A stretch of 64,000 nucleotides of DNA from Azolla caroliniana (taxonomy: Eukaryota; Plantae; Polypodiophyta). The position numbers and the translations under genes were made by a program. Positions 1 through 10,334 of this stretch are shown piece by piece (the stretch's first letter is position 1; every line of letters starts with the position of its first letter). Below the pieces are notes generated by a model, which had not been told where the DNA came from, did no database searches, and saw only the letters and a program-made list of their open reading frames with translations. Location: NCBI GenBank assembly GCA_043228905.1, contig JBHGNT010000001.1:24242001-24306000 (forward strand), read 5' to 3'.

Positions 1-1
1 C

Positions 2-1021
2 CCAGACCTCGAAGTGTGCAACGACAACTTCCGTGGCTCCGATGGGTCCACGTCATGCTGCCTGGGAACTTTCGGGTGTAGCATCAAGACAGAATACAGC
101 GTGCACTCAATCCAAGTTCGGGTACTCCCACCCGGAGTGATGTACACACAATGCCTCCTTAGTTTAGATTGGTGCCGCATAAGCGAATGTCTCCTATCAC
201 CCAACAAACACATCATCTCTTTCCAAATAGGAGATGGACTGAAGTCCGAGGACCTCGTCGCAACAACACTCGAATCACATCCCGCTATCCTCGTTGATCC
301 CCAAAGTGTGGAGTTACCCAAACAAGCAACACACCAACACTCACGGGCCTTCCCTGGCCAACACGACACTAACATTAGAACACAGACACCCAAACCACGA
401 GAATGGGTGAACGTCCACACAGTTTTCGCTGAAGGCCCACGCTGCGGAGGATGTGTGGTGTGGCGAGTCAGAAAAATACTCACAACCGCACAAGGTTGGC
501 ACAATGGCGCCACTAGCTGCTGGGTTCCGAAACGAAACCGACTTCCCGCTCGTGATCGAAACACCCCTGCATGGGACATCAATGAACCCCAAGGCGTGGA
601 GTCGCTCAACCAAACCGAATGCCAACACCCACAGGCCACCCAAGAACAACACGACTCTAACGTCAGAACACAGACACCCAAACCATGGGAATGGGTGAAC
701 GTTCACGTTGTTTTTGCGGACAGACAACGTTGTGGAGAATCTGCCATTTGGCGAGTCAAAAAGGCACTCACAACCGCACAAGGTTGGCACAAAGGCGCCA
801 CTAGCTTCTGGGTTCCAAAACGAAGCCGACTACCCAGTCACGATCATACCACGCCCGCATGGGGCACCCGAAAATCACACACATCAGTCTGGTATCCTGC
901 CCAAGCTAAAGCCACAGGAATCGACAAGCCTAAACAACTGAGAGACCGAACACCCTGTAGAAAGGTTTTACAAATCCTCCCCATCCCCTTCAAAGTTCTA
1001 GGTTTTACAAACATGCCGTAG
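2..1021 (+). CDS. 3' part of an ORF that is open upstream of the window: retropepsin-like C-terminal half followed by a duplicated ~72-aa Trp-rich domain; probably TE-encoded
   Basis: The frame is open from base 2. FRGSDG..CLG..IQVRV..CLLSLDWC resembles the flap and ILGxDWL motifs of retroelement aspartic proteases. The internal repeat at 359-576 vs 647-864 has a 288-nt period and many synonymous differences. Confidence 0.5.
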   Translation, partial: PDLEVCNDNFRGSDGSTSCCLGTFGCSIKTEYSVHSIQVRVLPPGVMYTQCLLSLDWCRISECLLSPNKHIISFQIGDGLKSEDLVATTLESHPAILVDPQSVELPKQATHQHSRAFPGQHDTNIRTQTPKPREWVNVHTVFAEGPRCGGCVVWRVRKILTTAQGWHNGATSCWVPKRNRLPARDRNTPAWDINEPQGVESLNQTECQHPQATQEQHDSNVRTQTPKPWEWVNVHVVFADRQRCGESAIWRVKKALTTAQGWHKGATSFWVPKRSRLPSHDHTTPAWGTRKSHTSVWYPAQAKATGIDKPKQLRDRTPCRKVLQILPIPFKVLGFTNMP

Positions 1022-1289
1022 GTTTGGATCCTTAAAAGTCATGGACCCGGAACCTCACACGATACCCGAGTGACACTCCCTCCACAGTCGCACCCTCAAG
1101 GTTTCCCAAAAGCTCTTAATTTCTCCAATCCCCTACCACGTTCCCCGTAGACCCCCGTTCAGACCTCCCGCCTATATGCCAACCTAGCTACCCCGTAGTT
1201 TCTTAGTCATCATCGGTATCCGAATCTTTTCCATTGATTCCTCCTTGCCCTTGCGACCTCGCGTCCCCGTCGGTTGTCCCTCGTTGCTG

Positions 1290-1600
1290 TGGTTTATGTT
1301 TTATTATTTGTATTATTTTTTATTTTTTCTATTTATTTTTTCTATTTATATTTTTTATTATTAGTAGTATTATTTATTTATTATTATTATTTATTTTTTA
1401 TGATCTTTATTATTATTTTATTGATTTAATTTATTTTTAATGAATATTATTTTCATTTTTATTTGTATTATTGGTTTTTTTTATTTTTTATTTTTATGAT
1501 TTTTATTATTTTATTTTCTATAATGATTATTATTATTATTATTTTATTTATTTTTATCGTTTTATTTCTTTTTTCCTTCTCCTTTTTCTTCTTCTTCTTT
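1290..1600. repeat. T/A-rich low-complexity tract (TTA/TTTA-like)
   Basis: Almost exclusively T and A; the overlapping ORFs are F/I/Y/L compositional artefacts. Confidence 0.9.
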
Positions 1601-2199
1601 GCTCTACCCTCCCTCCCTCCTTTTTTTAGCACTCCTCCTTCTGCTTGTCCCCTTCCTTCTCGCTACTCGCTCTGCAACACTCTTCCCCCTCTCCCCCCTC
1701 ACGCTATTCCTCCCCTCCTCCCCTCCTCCCCCCCCTCTCTTTGTTCGGCACCCGTGGATTTCTCCCACCCTCAGTGTTCCTGCCCATACTCCATCGGTCG
1801 CCTGCCCCGGTCACCGCCTCGTCTCCTCCACACCCTGCTTTCCCACGCCTCAGGTAGGCCTTTCCCCCCCCCTCTCGTTTCGCCACACCGCATTGCACTC
1901 CTCTCATTCGTCGTACCTGCACTTCGTTCCGTTGCGGAGGCCATGGCCACCGCCATGACGCTGCCCCCCTCCTCCTGTCACCAGCACATTACGGGCCACC
2001 CGGCCACGACGTTTTACGCTTCCCCCGTGACGGCCATAGCCGCCGCCCCGTCGCTACCACCCCTCCTCGTGGCGCTGCCCGTTCACGATGCCACACCGTC
2101 CCGGCGTTTTTCGTTCCCCCCGAGGCGGCCGTAATAGCAGCCTCGTCGTTTTCACCCTCCCCACGTCGTTGGCCGTTTACAGAGCACTCCGCTTCGTGG

Positions 2200-2640
2200 T
2201 TCGAGGGGCCTAACCCCTCGAATCACATAGTGTTTGAGGGGCCCAACCCCTCGAACCACACAGTATTCGAGGGGCCCAACCCCTCGAACCACACAGTATT
2301 CAAAGGGCCCAACCCCTCGAACTACCCGTTGTTCGAGGAGTCCAACCCCTCGAACCTCACAGTGTTCGAGGGGCCCAACCCCTCGAACTAACTGTTGTTT
2401 GAGGAGTCCAACCCCTCGAACCACACAGTGTTCGAGGGGCCAATCCCTCGAACTACCCATTGTTCGAGGAGTCCAACCCATCGAATCACAGCGTTCGAGG
2501 GGCCCAACCCCTCGAACCACACAGTGTTCGAGAGGCCCAACCCCTCGAACTACCCGTTGTTCAAGGAGTCCAACCCCTCGAACCACACCCAACCCAACTC
2601 CTCGAACCACGCGTTGTTCGAGGGGCCCAACTCCTCGAAC
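2200..2640. repeat. 33-bp tandem minisatellite (~13-14 units), each unit a hairpin TTCGAGGGG-CCCAA-CCCCTCGAA plus a ~10-nt linker
   Basis: Units start at 2200, 2233, 2266, 2299, 2332, 2365, 2398, 2431 and onward. Linkers recur (ccacacagtg, ctacccgttg). Confidence 0.95.
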
Positions 2641-2803
2641 ACGTAACTCTTAGTTGTTGAGTTACTACGTAGTTAGGACTCCACATCCCGCTCTGTTTAA
2701 AAAAAAGGAAAAAGAAAAAAGGGGGGAATCTATTGAAACTACCCAAACTTGCTGATTTGTCACCACATTTAACTATACTAATATATTTCCTCGCAAGTTA
2801 CAA

Positions 2804-3444
2804 ATGATGACGTCTCCCCAATTCATCAAACTCCTCCACGCATACTACCCCGACGCAGGGTGCGGTTCCTTAGTCATTCCAGCGGTGTTCAACAATACCC
2901 GATGTATTTATTGGGTCCCTACGGCTGCCACGCAGCTCAAGTACCTCGAACCCAACGTGTTCGCCACCCTCTCACAACTTGGGCTCAAGTTCTTTCTTGG
3001 GATCGGGCCGTGGAGCGTCCTACCCGAACTGGTCAACCGTTTCCTCATCTGGTACAACCCCGATACGGGCCACGTCGATATGCAGCCTTTCGCAGACTCC
3101 CCCCCCCGTCACATTCCAGTTCATTGCAACCGACGTTTGTGCTACGCTGCATTTACCACTCGAGGGCGCCCCCTTCCGCACCACGAGGACCTCTAGGGTT
3201 GTCCCTGGCATCATTCCTTCCACCTACGCCGAATATTCTGGACGCGAAGGTTGGCGTTACACCGAAATCCCTCTCCATCTCCACGACAATTGTAGCGCAA
3301 TTGCCCAAATCGGCGACACCGCATCTACCGATGCCACCGCTCGTATCACCGACGAGTACCTCAAGTGAGCACATGATCCGCAACCGGTCCAATGGGCTCA
3401 CAATCTGGGGGCTTCACTGTCAAAACTTGTATGATAGCACGTGA
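2804..3444 (+). pseudogene. Frameshifted ORF of uncertain product, possibly a retroelement accessory ORF (plant transposon protein / PMD-like)
   Basis: Protein-like GC-rich sequence running through three overlapping ORFs (2804-3196, to 3368, to 3444). LGLKFFL..SVLPELVNRFLIWYNP recalls the GW..F...YPELVREFY motif of accessory plant transposon proteins. Confidence 0.3.
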
Positions 3445-4106
3445 GTTCATCAAAAGGGGTTTAAATTAGCCATTGAGGTACAGAATGTATATATATAAGG
3501 GTATTAATAAATATTTGAAATATATATTTACATAAGGGTATTATCAATTATGCTAGAAAAAAATTTACATAAGCCCATGAAATATTAGATATTTTAATGA
3601 GATAGTAAAGAATTATTATGCAAACAATACCCGAATTTGGAGTAGCATATATACATGTATTCTTTCATACATACATACATACATATGAATTCATGCATAT
3701 ATACCTACATTCAAACATTACATCTATGAATATGTACATACATACATTACACCAATTTATACATGCATACTGACTAAACATAAATATATGTACAAATATA
3801 TATTATCATGTGTAAATGTTTACATACACATACATAAATGCATTGCATATTAGATCCAAGTAAACAATCCATGTAAATGACACATGAAAAAAAAAGGTCT
3901 TTGAGAACAACAGAGAGAGAGAGAGAGAGAGAGACCCTCACACAGAGAGAGAATAGGAAAAGGAAGGGAAGAAGGAAGGAAAGGAAGAAGAAAGAGGGAT
4001 GGGATGATCATTGACGATGTTGGCTGAAGTTATGAAGGAGGGAGAAAAACAGAGGAAACAGGGGAAACATATGCATGTATAGATCACTGTAGACGAAGAG
4101 GAAGAG

Positions 4107-5906
4107 ATGGCTGACACGGTACACCAGGGGAACTCTCACGCAGCGCCCCCGACAACTCCTCCACGGTCGGCCTTCACTATCGTCTTCACACCGGAAGAAG
4201 AAGAGATATTGAAAAGAGAGGTAAGTCGTCTACATTCCTACTCAATAGTGTGTAGGATTATAGGTTTAAGGCCAAATAGAGGAGATTTGAGAGATCTCCT
4301 ACAAGCGGCTTTCCAACATAGGATCGGAAAAATCGTCGATGTGCAATTTCTTGGACATGCTTTCTATCATTTAGAATTGGATACCGCTGAATCCGTTGTG
4401 GTAATGTTGAATGCAAATACGATTAACATTCGAAATGCAATAGCTTGTTTTATGCCGTGGAAACCGGGCTTTGATCCCGTTGAAATGTTGAATTCGGGGC
4501 ATCGTTTGACCCCGATTTCCGTGGTTTTCCCGAGAATCCCTAAGGAATACATGGCTGTACTCCCATCAATTGCAGCAAGAATCGGCACGATTCTTCCTCC
4601 TCGAGAGGAGACAATAGGAATGAAATTAACGGGATACCCATCAATTCGAATACTAGTTTCCTCAATAGAAAATTTACCTACTCAGGTACTTTTACCATCG
4701 CTTACCGGGAACTCGACATTCATGCAAAAATTGGAGTATATAGGTATGCCTGGACAATGCTTTTATTGTAAACAGCAAGGCCATGTTTTGAAAGATTGCC
4801 CAAAAAAGAAGAACGGGGTTAGACCCCAGAATGGTACAAATAACGTGTATACAGACGTTAACCATGTTAATCTGGATAAGAAGCAACAATCTCATTTAGG
4901 TGGAGGAAGTGGAAAGGGGAAAAATGTTCAGCCATCCAAGGATGAAAAAGGGAAAAATATCCAAACATTCGAGGATGAGATATGGAAACCAATTGAAAAA
5001 CGGCACTCAATACCCAATAAATGCATTGAATCTAAGGGTGCTCACGTAAGTATAGGCCGTTATGATGCCATACAGGAACTAGATAACTCTTTGTCTCAAA
5101 ATGATGTTCAGATATGCCAAATTAGTAATGTTTCTGAACAATCTACTCCTAATAGAGAAGGGACTGAATCAGTTAATAATCTTGTTATGGCCACTCAGAG
5201 CAAAACAATGGAATCAAGTAAACAACATTTGAACTTGAGTAATGTATCGCGAAACCTTCACAGATCTACAAAACGTTCGTCTAGCTTGAGAGGGTTAAAT
5301 GCGAACTTCATTCGCACAATCCCGATAAATTCTCAAGTAGAAAGTACTAGTGATTTTGCAATCAATCGATGGAATGCCACATATGGGTTTGAGTTTTTGA
5401 AATTTTTGGGAGACATAGTTGATAATGGCAGTGCATCAATACGTGTTCATGTTCTTTTCAAGACTATGCAATCTTTTGTAGGATTTTCTTTCCCTTTTTG
5501 TGGATATGATAAACAAACATGGGTGGCAGCAGATGTTAGATTGGTTATTAGACAACAAACACTACACTTCGCAAAATATGTTAATTGTGACAATTTTGGG
5601 GAAGTATTATTAAGGGGACTAGAGGCAGCAACTATACAACTCTTGCCAGTGTCTGATGTGATGGGGCGAAGGCAAGTGGTGGTATCCTTAGATGCTGAGA
5701 TCCTTCCAAATTGTGGATATACCTATATCCATGAAGATGGACTATCGGAAGGTCAAATATTGGCTAAAGCTCATCATCATTATAGAATGGTACGCGATAC
5801 GATACCTTTACAATCGAAAAGTGGTGAACAAGATGGTAGTGAGGCCAATCTTGAGCCGTTAGCGAAAAACATGAAAATGGCATCACAGCAACCTAAGTTC
5901 CCTTAA
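4107..5906 (+). CDS. L1 ORF1p (DUF4283/RRM-like N-terminus, CCHC zinc knuckle, extra C-terminal domain)
   Basis: Uninterrupted 599 aa; WKPGFDP and CFYCKQQGHVLKDC (CX2CX4HX4C) motifs; lies directly upstream of ORF2. Confidence 0.9.
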   Translation: MADTVHQGNSHAAPPTTPPRSAFTIVFTPEEEEILKREVSRLHSYSIVCRIIGLRPNRGDLRDLLQAAFQHRIGKIVDVQFLGHAFYHLELDTAESVVVMLNANTINIRNAIACFMPWKPGFDPVEMLNSGHRLTPISVVFPRIPKEYMAVLPSIAARIGTILPPREETIGMKLTGYPSIRILVSSIENLPTQVLLPSLTGNSTFMQKLEYIGMPGQCFYCKQQGHVLKDCPKKKNGVRPQNGTNNVYTDVNHVNLDKKQQSHLGGGSGKGKNVQPSKDEKGKNIQTFEDEIWKPIEKRHSIPNKCIESKGAHVSIGRYDAIQELDNSLSQNDVQICQISNVSEQSTPNREGTESVNNLVMATQSKTMESSKQHLNLSNVSRNLHRSTKRSSSLRGLNANFIRTIPINSQVESTSDFAINRWNATYGFEFLKFLGDIVDNGSASIRVHVLFKTMQSFVGFSFPFCGYDKQTWVAADVRLVIRQQTLHFAKYVNCDNFGEVLLRGLEAATIQLLPVSDVMGRRQVVVSLDAEILPNCGYTYIHEDGLSEGQILAKAHHHYRMVRDTIPLQSKSGEQDGSEANLEPLAKNMKMASQQPKFP

Positions 5907-7277
5907 ATGCGAGTGATGTCATGGAATGTTCAGGGGTTAGGGGGCCCCTTATATAGACGATACAAGTATCGTCTCCGTCAAGAAATTAACAAATGCATAG
6001 TGGGTGGATCCCTCGACTTTCTTTTAATACAAGAACATCATTTAAATACTTTTAGAATTTCTCGGTATGGTTCTATTTTATCTGGAAATTGGGACATGTT
6101 TTGGTCCCCCGCGATAGGCAACACGGAAGTCCGTGGTGGGGTTTGTATGGCTATTTCTCAGAGGTGGATTTCATCCATTATACAAAAACAAGTGATCATT
6201 CCTGGAAGGGCTCAATATGTTATTATGCAAGAGGGGGAGATTATATGGGGACTCTTGAATATATATGCTCCTAATACTGCTTCTGCTAGGCAACAATTTT
6301 GGAAAGAATTATTAGAGAATCTGCCTCCCCTTGATCATTGGTGTATCGCCGGTGACTTCAATATGCTTGAGGACCCCATTGATAGAATGGGAGGTAGCTC
6401 AACTACGATACATGGCCATGAATTAGCAATGTGGGAACAATTGGTGTTCTCCTTACAAATTTTAGATGCTTGGCATGCTCCTTCGATGGTTCATACAAAT
6501 ACCTCTCTTTTATTTTCAAGATCAGATAGACGTGTAAATGGTACTAACTTAGCTCGATTGGATAGATTCTATGTATCTGGCAAATTTATTTCAGCAACTG
6601 GTACAATACATATAATGCCAGGGACTACCTTCTCTGATCATGCTCCAGTGATTCTTTCAATATCAACCCAAAACCTTAAAGAATTCTCCAATATGAAGAT
6701 TCCTGAAAATTTGCTGTTAGACAATAGCTTTTCCTTACAAGTGCCTCAATTATGGTCACAAAAGGATGTTGTACAGGAATCAATGGTGGGGCGGGTAGCT
6801 AATGGCTTACGATGTATTTCAGAATTTTTTAGGGGTAAATCTAAGGAGAGGTTCTCTATGATCCAAGAAAAGGAGAAACGGTCTCGTACTTCTCTTGTTT
6901 CTCTACAACGATTACAAGAACGTTATCCACACTGTACTTGGATTGCTGAGAAAATTGGGTCAGCAAAACAAGAACTTGCTATACTATTAGAAAAGCGTGC
7001 AGAATTTCAATACCATAATAGGGCATCTAGTTGGACCCAAATGGGTGATAAATGTACAGCTGAATTTTTTCATGCAATGAGACCCAATCATAATGCGGTT
7101 TCAATCAAACAACTACAAGATGAGAATGGGACCATCTCATCTGACCCTAAAGTGATGAGAGAAATAGCCACACGATACTATTCCAACCTACTATCAGCTA
7201 TTTCATTCTCCGATGAGGATTTAATAAGTCGGTCTTGTGTATGGAATAAAATGAGTTCAAGAATAACACGGATATGA
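5907..7277 (+). CDS. L1 ORF2 N-terminal part: AP-like endonuclease and linker
   Basis: MSWNVQG, LIQE, NIYAP, GDFN, RLDRFY and SDH motifs of APE-type LINE endonucleases; ends at a frameshift near 7270. Confidence 0.93.
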   Translation: MRVMSWNVQGLGGPLYRRYKYRLRQEINKCIVGGSLDFLLIQEHHLNTFRISRYGSILSGNWDMFWSPAIGNTEVRGGVCMAISQRWISSIIQKQVIIPGRAQYVIMQEGEIIWGLLNIYAPNTASARQQFWKELLENLPPLDHWCIAGDFNMLEDPIDRMGGSSTTIHGHELAMWEQLVFSLQILDAWHAPSMVHTNTSLLFSRSDRRVNGTNLARLDRFYVSGKFISATGTIHIMPGTTFSDHAPVILSISTQNLKEFSNMKIPENLLLDNSFSLQVPQLWSQKDVVQESMVGRVANGLRCISEFFRGKSKERFSMIQEKEKRSRTSLVSLQRLQERYPHCTWIAEKIGSAKQELAILLEKRAEFQYHNRASSWTQMGDKCTAEFFHAMRPNHNAVSIKQLQDENGTISSDPKVMREIATRYYSNLLSAISFSDEDLISRSCVWNKMSSRITRI

Positions 7278-10249
7278 ATGCCAGTCTTCAAGACGTTCTT
7301 ACTCATGAGGAATTGAGTGAAGCACTCCAAGCTTTGCCTAAGAATAGTTGTCCAGTTATGGATGGATTAACCCCATCATTTTTCATTAAATATTGGGACT
7401 TGTTTAAATCAGATTTATGTACAGCATTCCAACAAATTCTTCGAGAGGGCATTATGCCTTCACATTTTACAGAAGGAATAATTTACCTTATCCCTAAATC
7501 AGAAGGTCCTTCATTGGACATCAAGAAATGGCGCCCAATTACATTACTGAATACGGTGTATAAAATCCTAGCTAAAGCGCTTAGTATAAGACTTGGTACT
7601 ATAATGCCTATAGTTATACATCCGTCGCAAACAGGATTTATTCAGGAAAGGAGCATATTGGATAATGTGTATACATTTTGGGAATCTGCTGCCTTGGCAG
7701 CCAAATCTAATCAAGAGTTGGCCATTGTTATGCTTGATTTTGAGAAAGCGTATGACCGTGTTGACTGGGAATTTTTACAAGGTGTACTGGCTCGTTTTGG
7801 TTTCTCGAAAGAATGGATAAAAGGTATTTCTTCATTATATAATTCGGCACAAAGCAGAGTCTTACTGGTTGGGAATTATGGACCTTTGTTTACTATTTCT
7901 CGATCAGTTCGACAGGGTTGTCCTTTAGCTCCTTTCTTGTTTCTGTTTTTTGCTGAGGCAATGATTTCCTTTTTGACTGCTGGTGATATTGGTATACGCG
8001 GAATACGCATCCCATTCTCACATATAGAAGTAAGGGACGCTGAATTTGCAGATGACACTGCCCTATATTTAAAAGGTGATTTGGAAAATCTGCAGAAAAC
8101 AGAATTGGCCATATCCACATTTTGTAAGGCTTCGGGGGCACTGGTTAATTGGAACAAGTCCTTTGCATTTTGGGTGGGGGATGTAGAGCCTCCTCTATGG
8201 AGTCCACACCCGCAATTTCGATGGATACCATCAGGTTGTCCAGTTCGATACTTAGGGTGTACGATAGGTATTGATCTTTCAATGGAAAATCAAGTGGCAC
8301 CCCTCCTATTGTCACTGCGGAAAAAGTTGTTGTTATGGAGTTCAGCCAAGCTATCTTTTGCTGGTCGGATTGTAGTGGCTAATCAGGTTTTATTGGCTTC
8401 AACATGGTATGTTTTGTCATGTTGGATATTCTCCAAGTCATGTATTCTGAAAATACGTAGATTGGTTCGTAACTTCTTGTGGTCCGGTAAAACAGAAGGC
8501 AATGCTCGGTCCAAAGTGAAATGGGATGTTATTACCTTACCTCGCTCTAAAGGAGGATTAGGTATTATTGATCCAGTGGACCAATCCAGAGCATTGTTAA
8601 GTAAGTTGCTCGTTAGAGGATTTATGCCGGGGCAAGAGATATGGAAAGTATTATTGCTTGACCGTTGCTCAGATTGCTTTCCTCGCTTAGGTGCTCCCTG
8701 GTCGAAGGATGTGAATTGGATATTTAGGGAAAATTTCCGAGTACCTTCAGCCACTAGATGGGAAGACAAATTTATTAGGACATTATTTGCAGCATGGAAA
8801 CAAGTACTACCTGGTTTGCTTCGCAATAAACCGAACCCCAAACATTATCTTGAGTATCTCAGACAAAAGATAGTTTGGAACCCGTTGTTTACAACATCAG
8901 ATGGTTTTGTGTTGGGTTCTAGACAATGGTTATCGTGGGGAAAAATGACAGAAGGTCCCGCGAAAACAGTTCAGACTTGGAAAGAATTTTTATCGCGATC
9001 GTTGGAAGAACAAAAAGAAATCTTACGTAATATGCATGGCGGACATATAATGTACCAACAAATTCAAGAAGCTATGAGTAGACAACCCATACCACCCAAT
9101 AACACTAACCATAGATGGATTGGGGTTTTTTCAAGATTGGAAGTACTCTTGGCTGTTAAGGGTTATTCAAATGATAAGACATACCGGTTGTTTGAGGTGG
9201 ATGAAACAAATCAATTGTCTCAGTCCGGGGAAATGGTGATAGATTACCCCTATGCCATTGAGCACAAGATAAGGATAATTGGATATGCCGATCGTAAATG
9301 GTATATTGATCCAATGATAGAGGAAATAAGGACACATTGGAAGTTGTGGGTGTTAGCTAAAAGACCGGTATTCAGATTAGATTGGGACCCAATTGACTAT
9401 CATTGGACAGATCCTTACACGGGTAACAAGTTCAATTTCTTCCAATATTCTGTACAGTTGGGAAGACATGTACTTTCAGATACACGTGATGTGGTACCAG
9501 CTGCATCTCAATATTGGAATCAACAAGGTATTACTCCCCAATTCCTTGCAAAATTCTGGGCTATCTTATGGGCAAGAAAACAGCAACACAAAATATTACA
9601 TGTACAGTGGTTAGTTGTACACAAGGCGTTGCCGGTTGGCACATGGTTGCATAGGATGGGAGTGTCTTCATGTTGTACTCGATGTCATTTACAAACGGAA
9701 ACTCAAAAACATTGTTTATGGGAATGCATTGATTCTCAACAGATATGGCAACGGCTCCTTAGAATTTTCGCTAATTATTTTCCCCCGTTGGTTCTCACTT
9801 GGGGCATGGTCGTTTGGACATCACTTGCCCGTGATGTGTTTCATTATGGCATCGAATCTATGGACCATGGGTTTTACACTAAAAATGGAAGTGTTCGTAC
9901 ATTATCAATGATGTCATTACAGTTTTCAGGAGTAAGGAAGGAAGTTCAGCCAATATGGGAGATATTGAGTAGTACCACTGTCTATCACATTTGGAAAGCT
10001 CGGTGTTCTCTCGTTTTCCATAATCTGAAAACACCACCTGCTGAAGTGATTTCTAATATTTGGTTAGAGATAGTTCATGCTTTGAAGGGTCAATGGGATG
10101 GTATAGTGGGAGATTCTGATGCTAAAATTGCTCAACGGCATGAGTTTCTTATTATCTGGACAGCTACTCCATTTGTGACATCCAGGTACACTACTCCTTA
10201 TTGGCATTTTCAGCCACCGAAATGGTTGTTTCCCCCGCCGATTACATAG
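7274..10249 (+). CDS. L1 ORF2 C-terminal part: reverse transcriptase and zf-RVT
   Basis: WRPITLLN, LDFEKAYD, RQGCPLAP, FADD, YLG, GGLG and CX2CX7HX4C (CTRCHLQTETQKHCLWEC) motifs; no RNase H seen. Confidence 0.95.
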   Translation: MNASLQDVLTHEELSEALQALPKNSCPVMDGLTPSFFIKYWDLFKSDLCTAFQQILREGIMPSHFTEGIIYLIPKSEGPSLDIKKWRPITLLNTVYKILAKALSIRLGTIMPIVIHPSQTGFIQERSILDNVYTFWESAALAAKSNQELAIVMLDFEKAYDRVDWEFLQGVLARFGFSKEWIKGISSLYNSAQSRVLLVGNYGPLFTISRSVRQGCPLAPFLFLFFAEAMISFLTAGDIGIRGIRIPFSHIEVRDAEFADDTALYLKGDLENLQKTELAISTFCKASGALVNWNKSFAFWVGDVEPPLWSPHPQFRWIPSGCPVRYLGCTIGIDLSMENQVAPLLLSLRKKLLLWSSAKLSFAGRIVVANQVLLASTWYVLSCWIFSKSCILKIRRLVRNFLWSGKTEGNARSKVKWDVITLPRSKGGLGIIDPVDQSRALLSKLLVRGFMPGQEIWKVLLLDRCSDCFPRLGAPWSKDVNWIFRENFRVPSATRWEDKFIRTLFAAWKQVLPGLLRNKPNPKHYLEYLRQKIVWNPLFTTSDGFVLGSRQWLSWGKMTEGPAKTVQTWKEFLSRSLEEQKEILRNMHGGHIMYQQIQEAMSRQPIPPNNTNHRWIGVFSRLEVLLAVKGYSNDKTYRLFEVDETNQLSQSGEMVIDYPYAIEHKIRIIGYADRKWYIDPMIEEIRTHWKLWVLAKRPVFRLDWDPIDYHWTDPYTGNKFNFFQYSVQLGRHVLSDTRDVVPAASQYWNQQGITPQFLAKFWAILWARKQQHKILHVQWLVVHKALPVGTWLHRMGVSSCCTRCHLQTETQKHCLWECIDSQQIWQRLLRIFANYFPPLVLTWGMVVWTSLARDVFHYGIESMDHGFYTKNGSVRTLSMMSLQFSGVRKEVQPIWEILSSTTVYHIWKARCSLVFHNLKTPPAEVISNIWLEIVHALKGQWDGIVGDSDAKIAQRHEFLIIWTATPFVTSRYTTPYWHFQPPKWLFPPPIT

Positions 10250-10334
10250 AGGTTTAAAATCTTGTAATTTGTTTATACTAATGACAGGATATCTTCTTTA
10301 AAAAAAATAAAAATAAAAAATGCATTGCATATTA

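Larger units (their letters stand above)
3853..10317 (+). mobile_element. Full-length L1-clade LINE with 5' UTR, ORF1, ORF2 and A-rich tail
   Basis: 17-bp TSD aaatgcattgcatatta at 3836-3852 and 10318-10334; A-rich tail at 10300-10320; ORF1 and ORF2 domains as listed separately. Confidence 0.95.

Noticed and set aside
2200-2640. CRISPR array
   Set aside because: The linkers are only ~10 nt and recur, there are no cas genes, and the context is a eukaryotic TE region; this is a palindromic minisatellite.
1234-2660. ORFs of 60-223 aa on both strands
   Set aside because: They are translations of T-rich, C-rich and 33-bp repeat sequence with no domain motifs.
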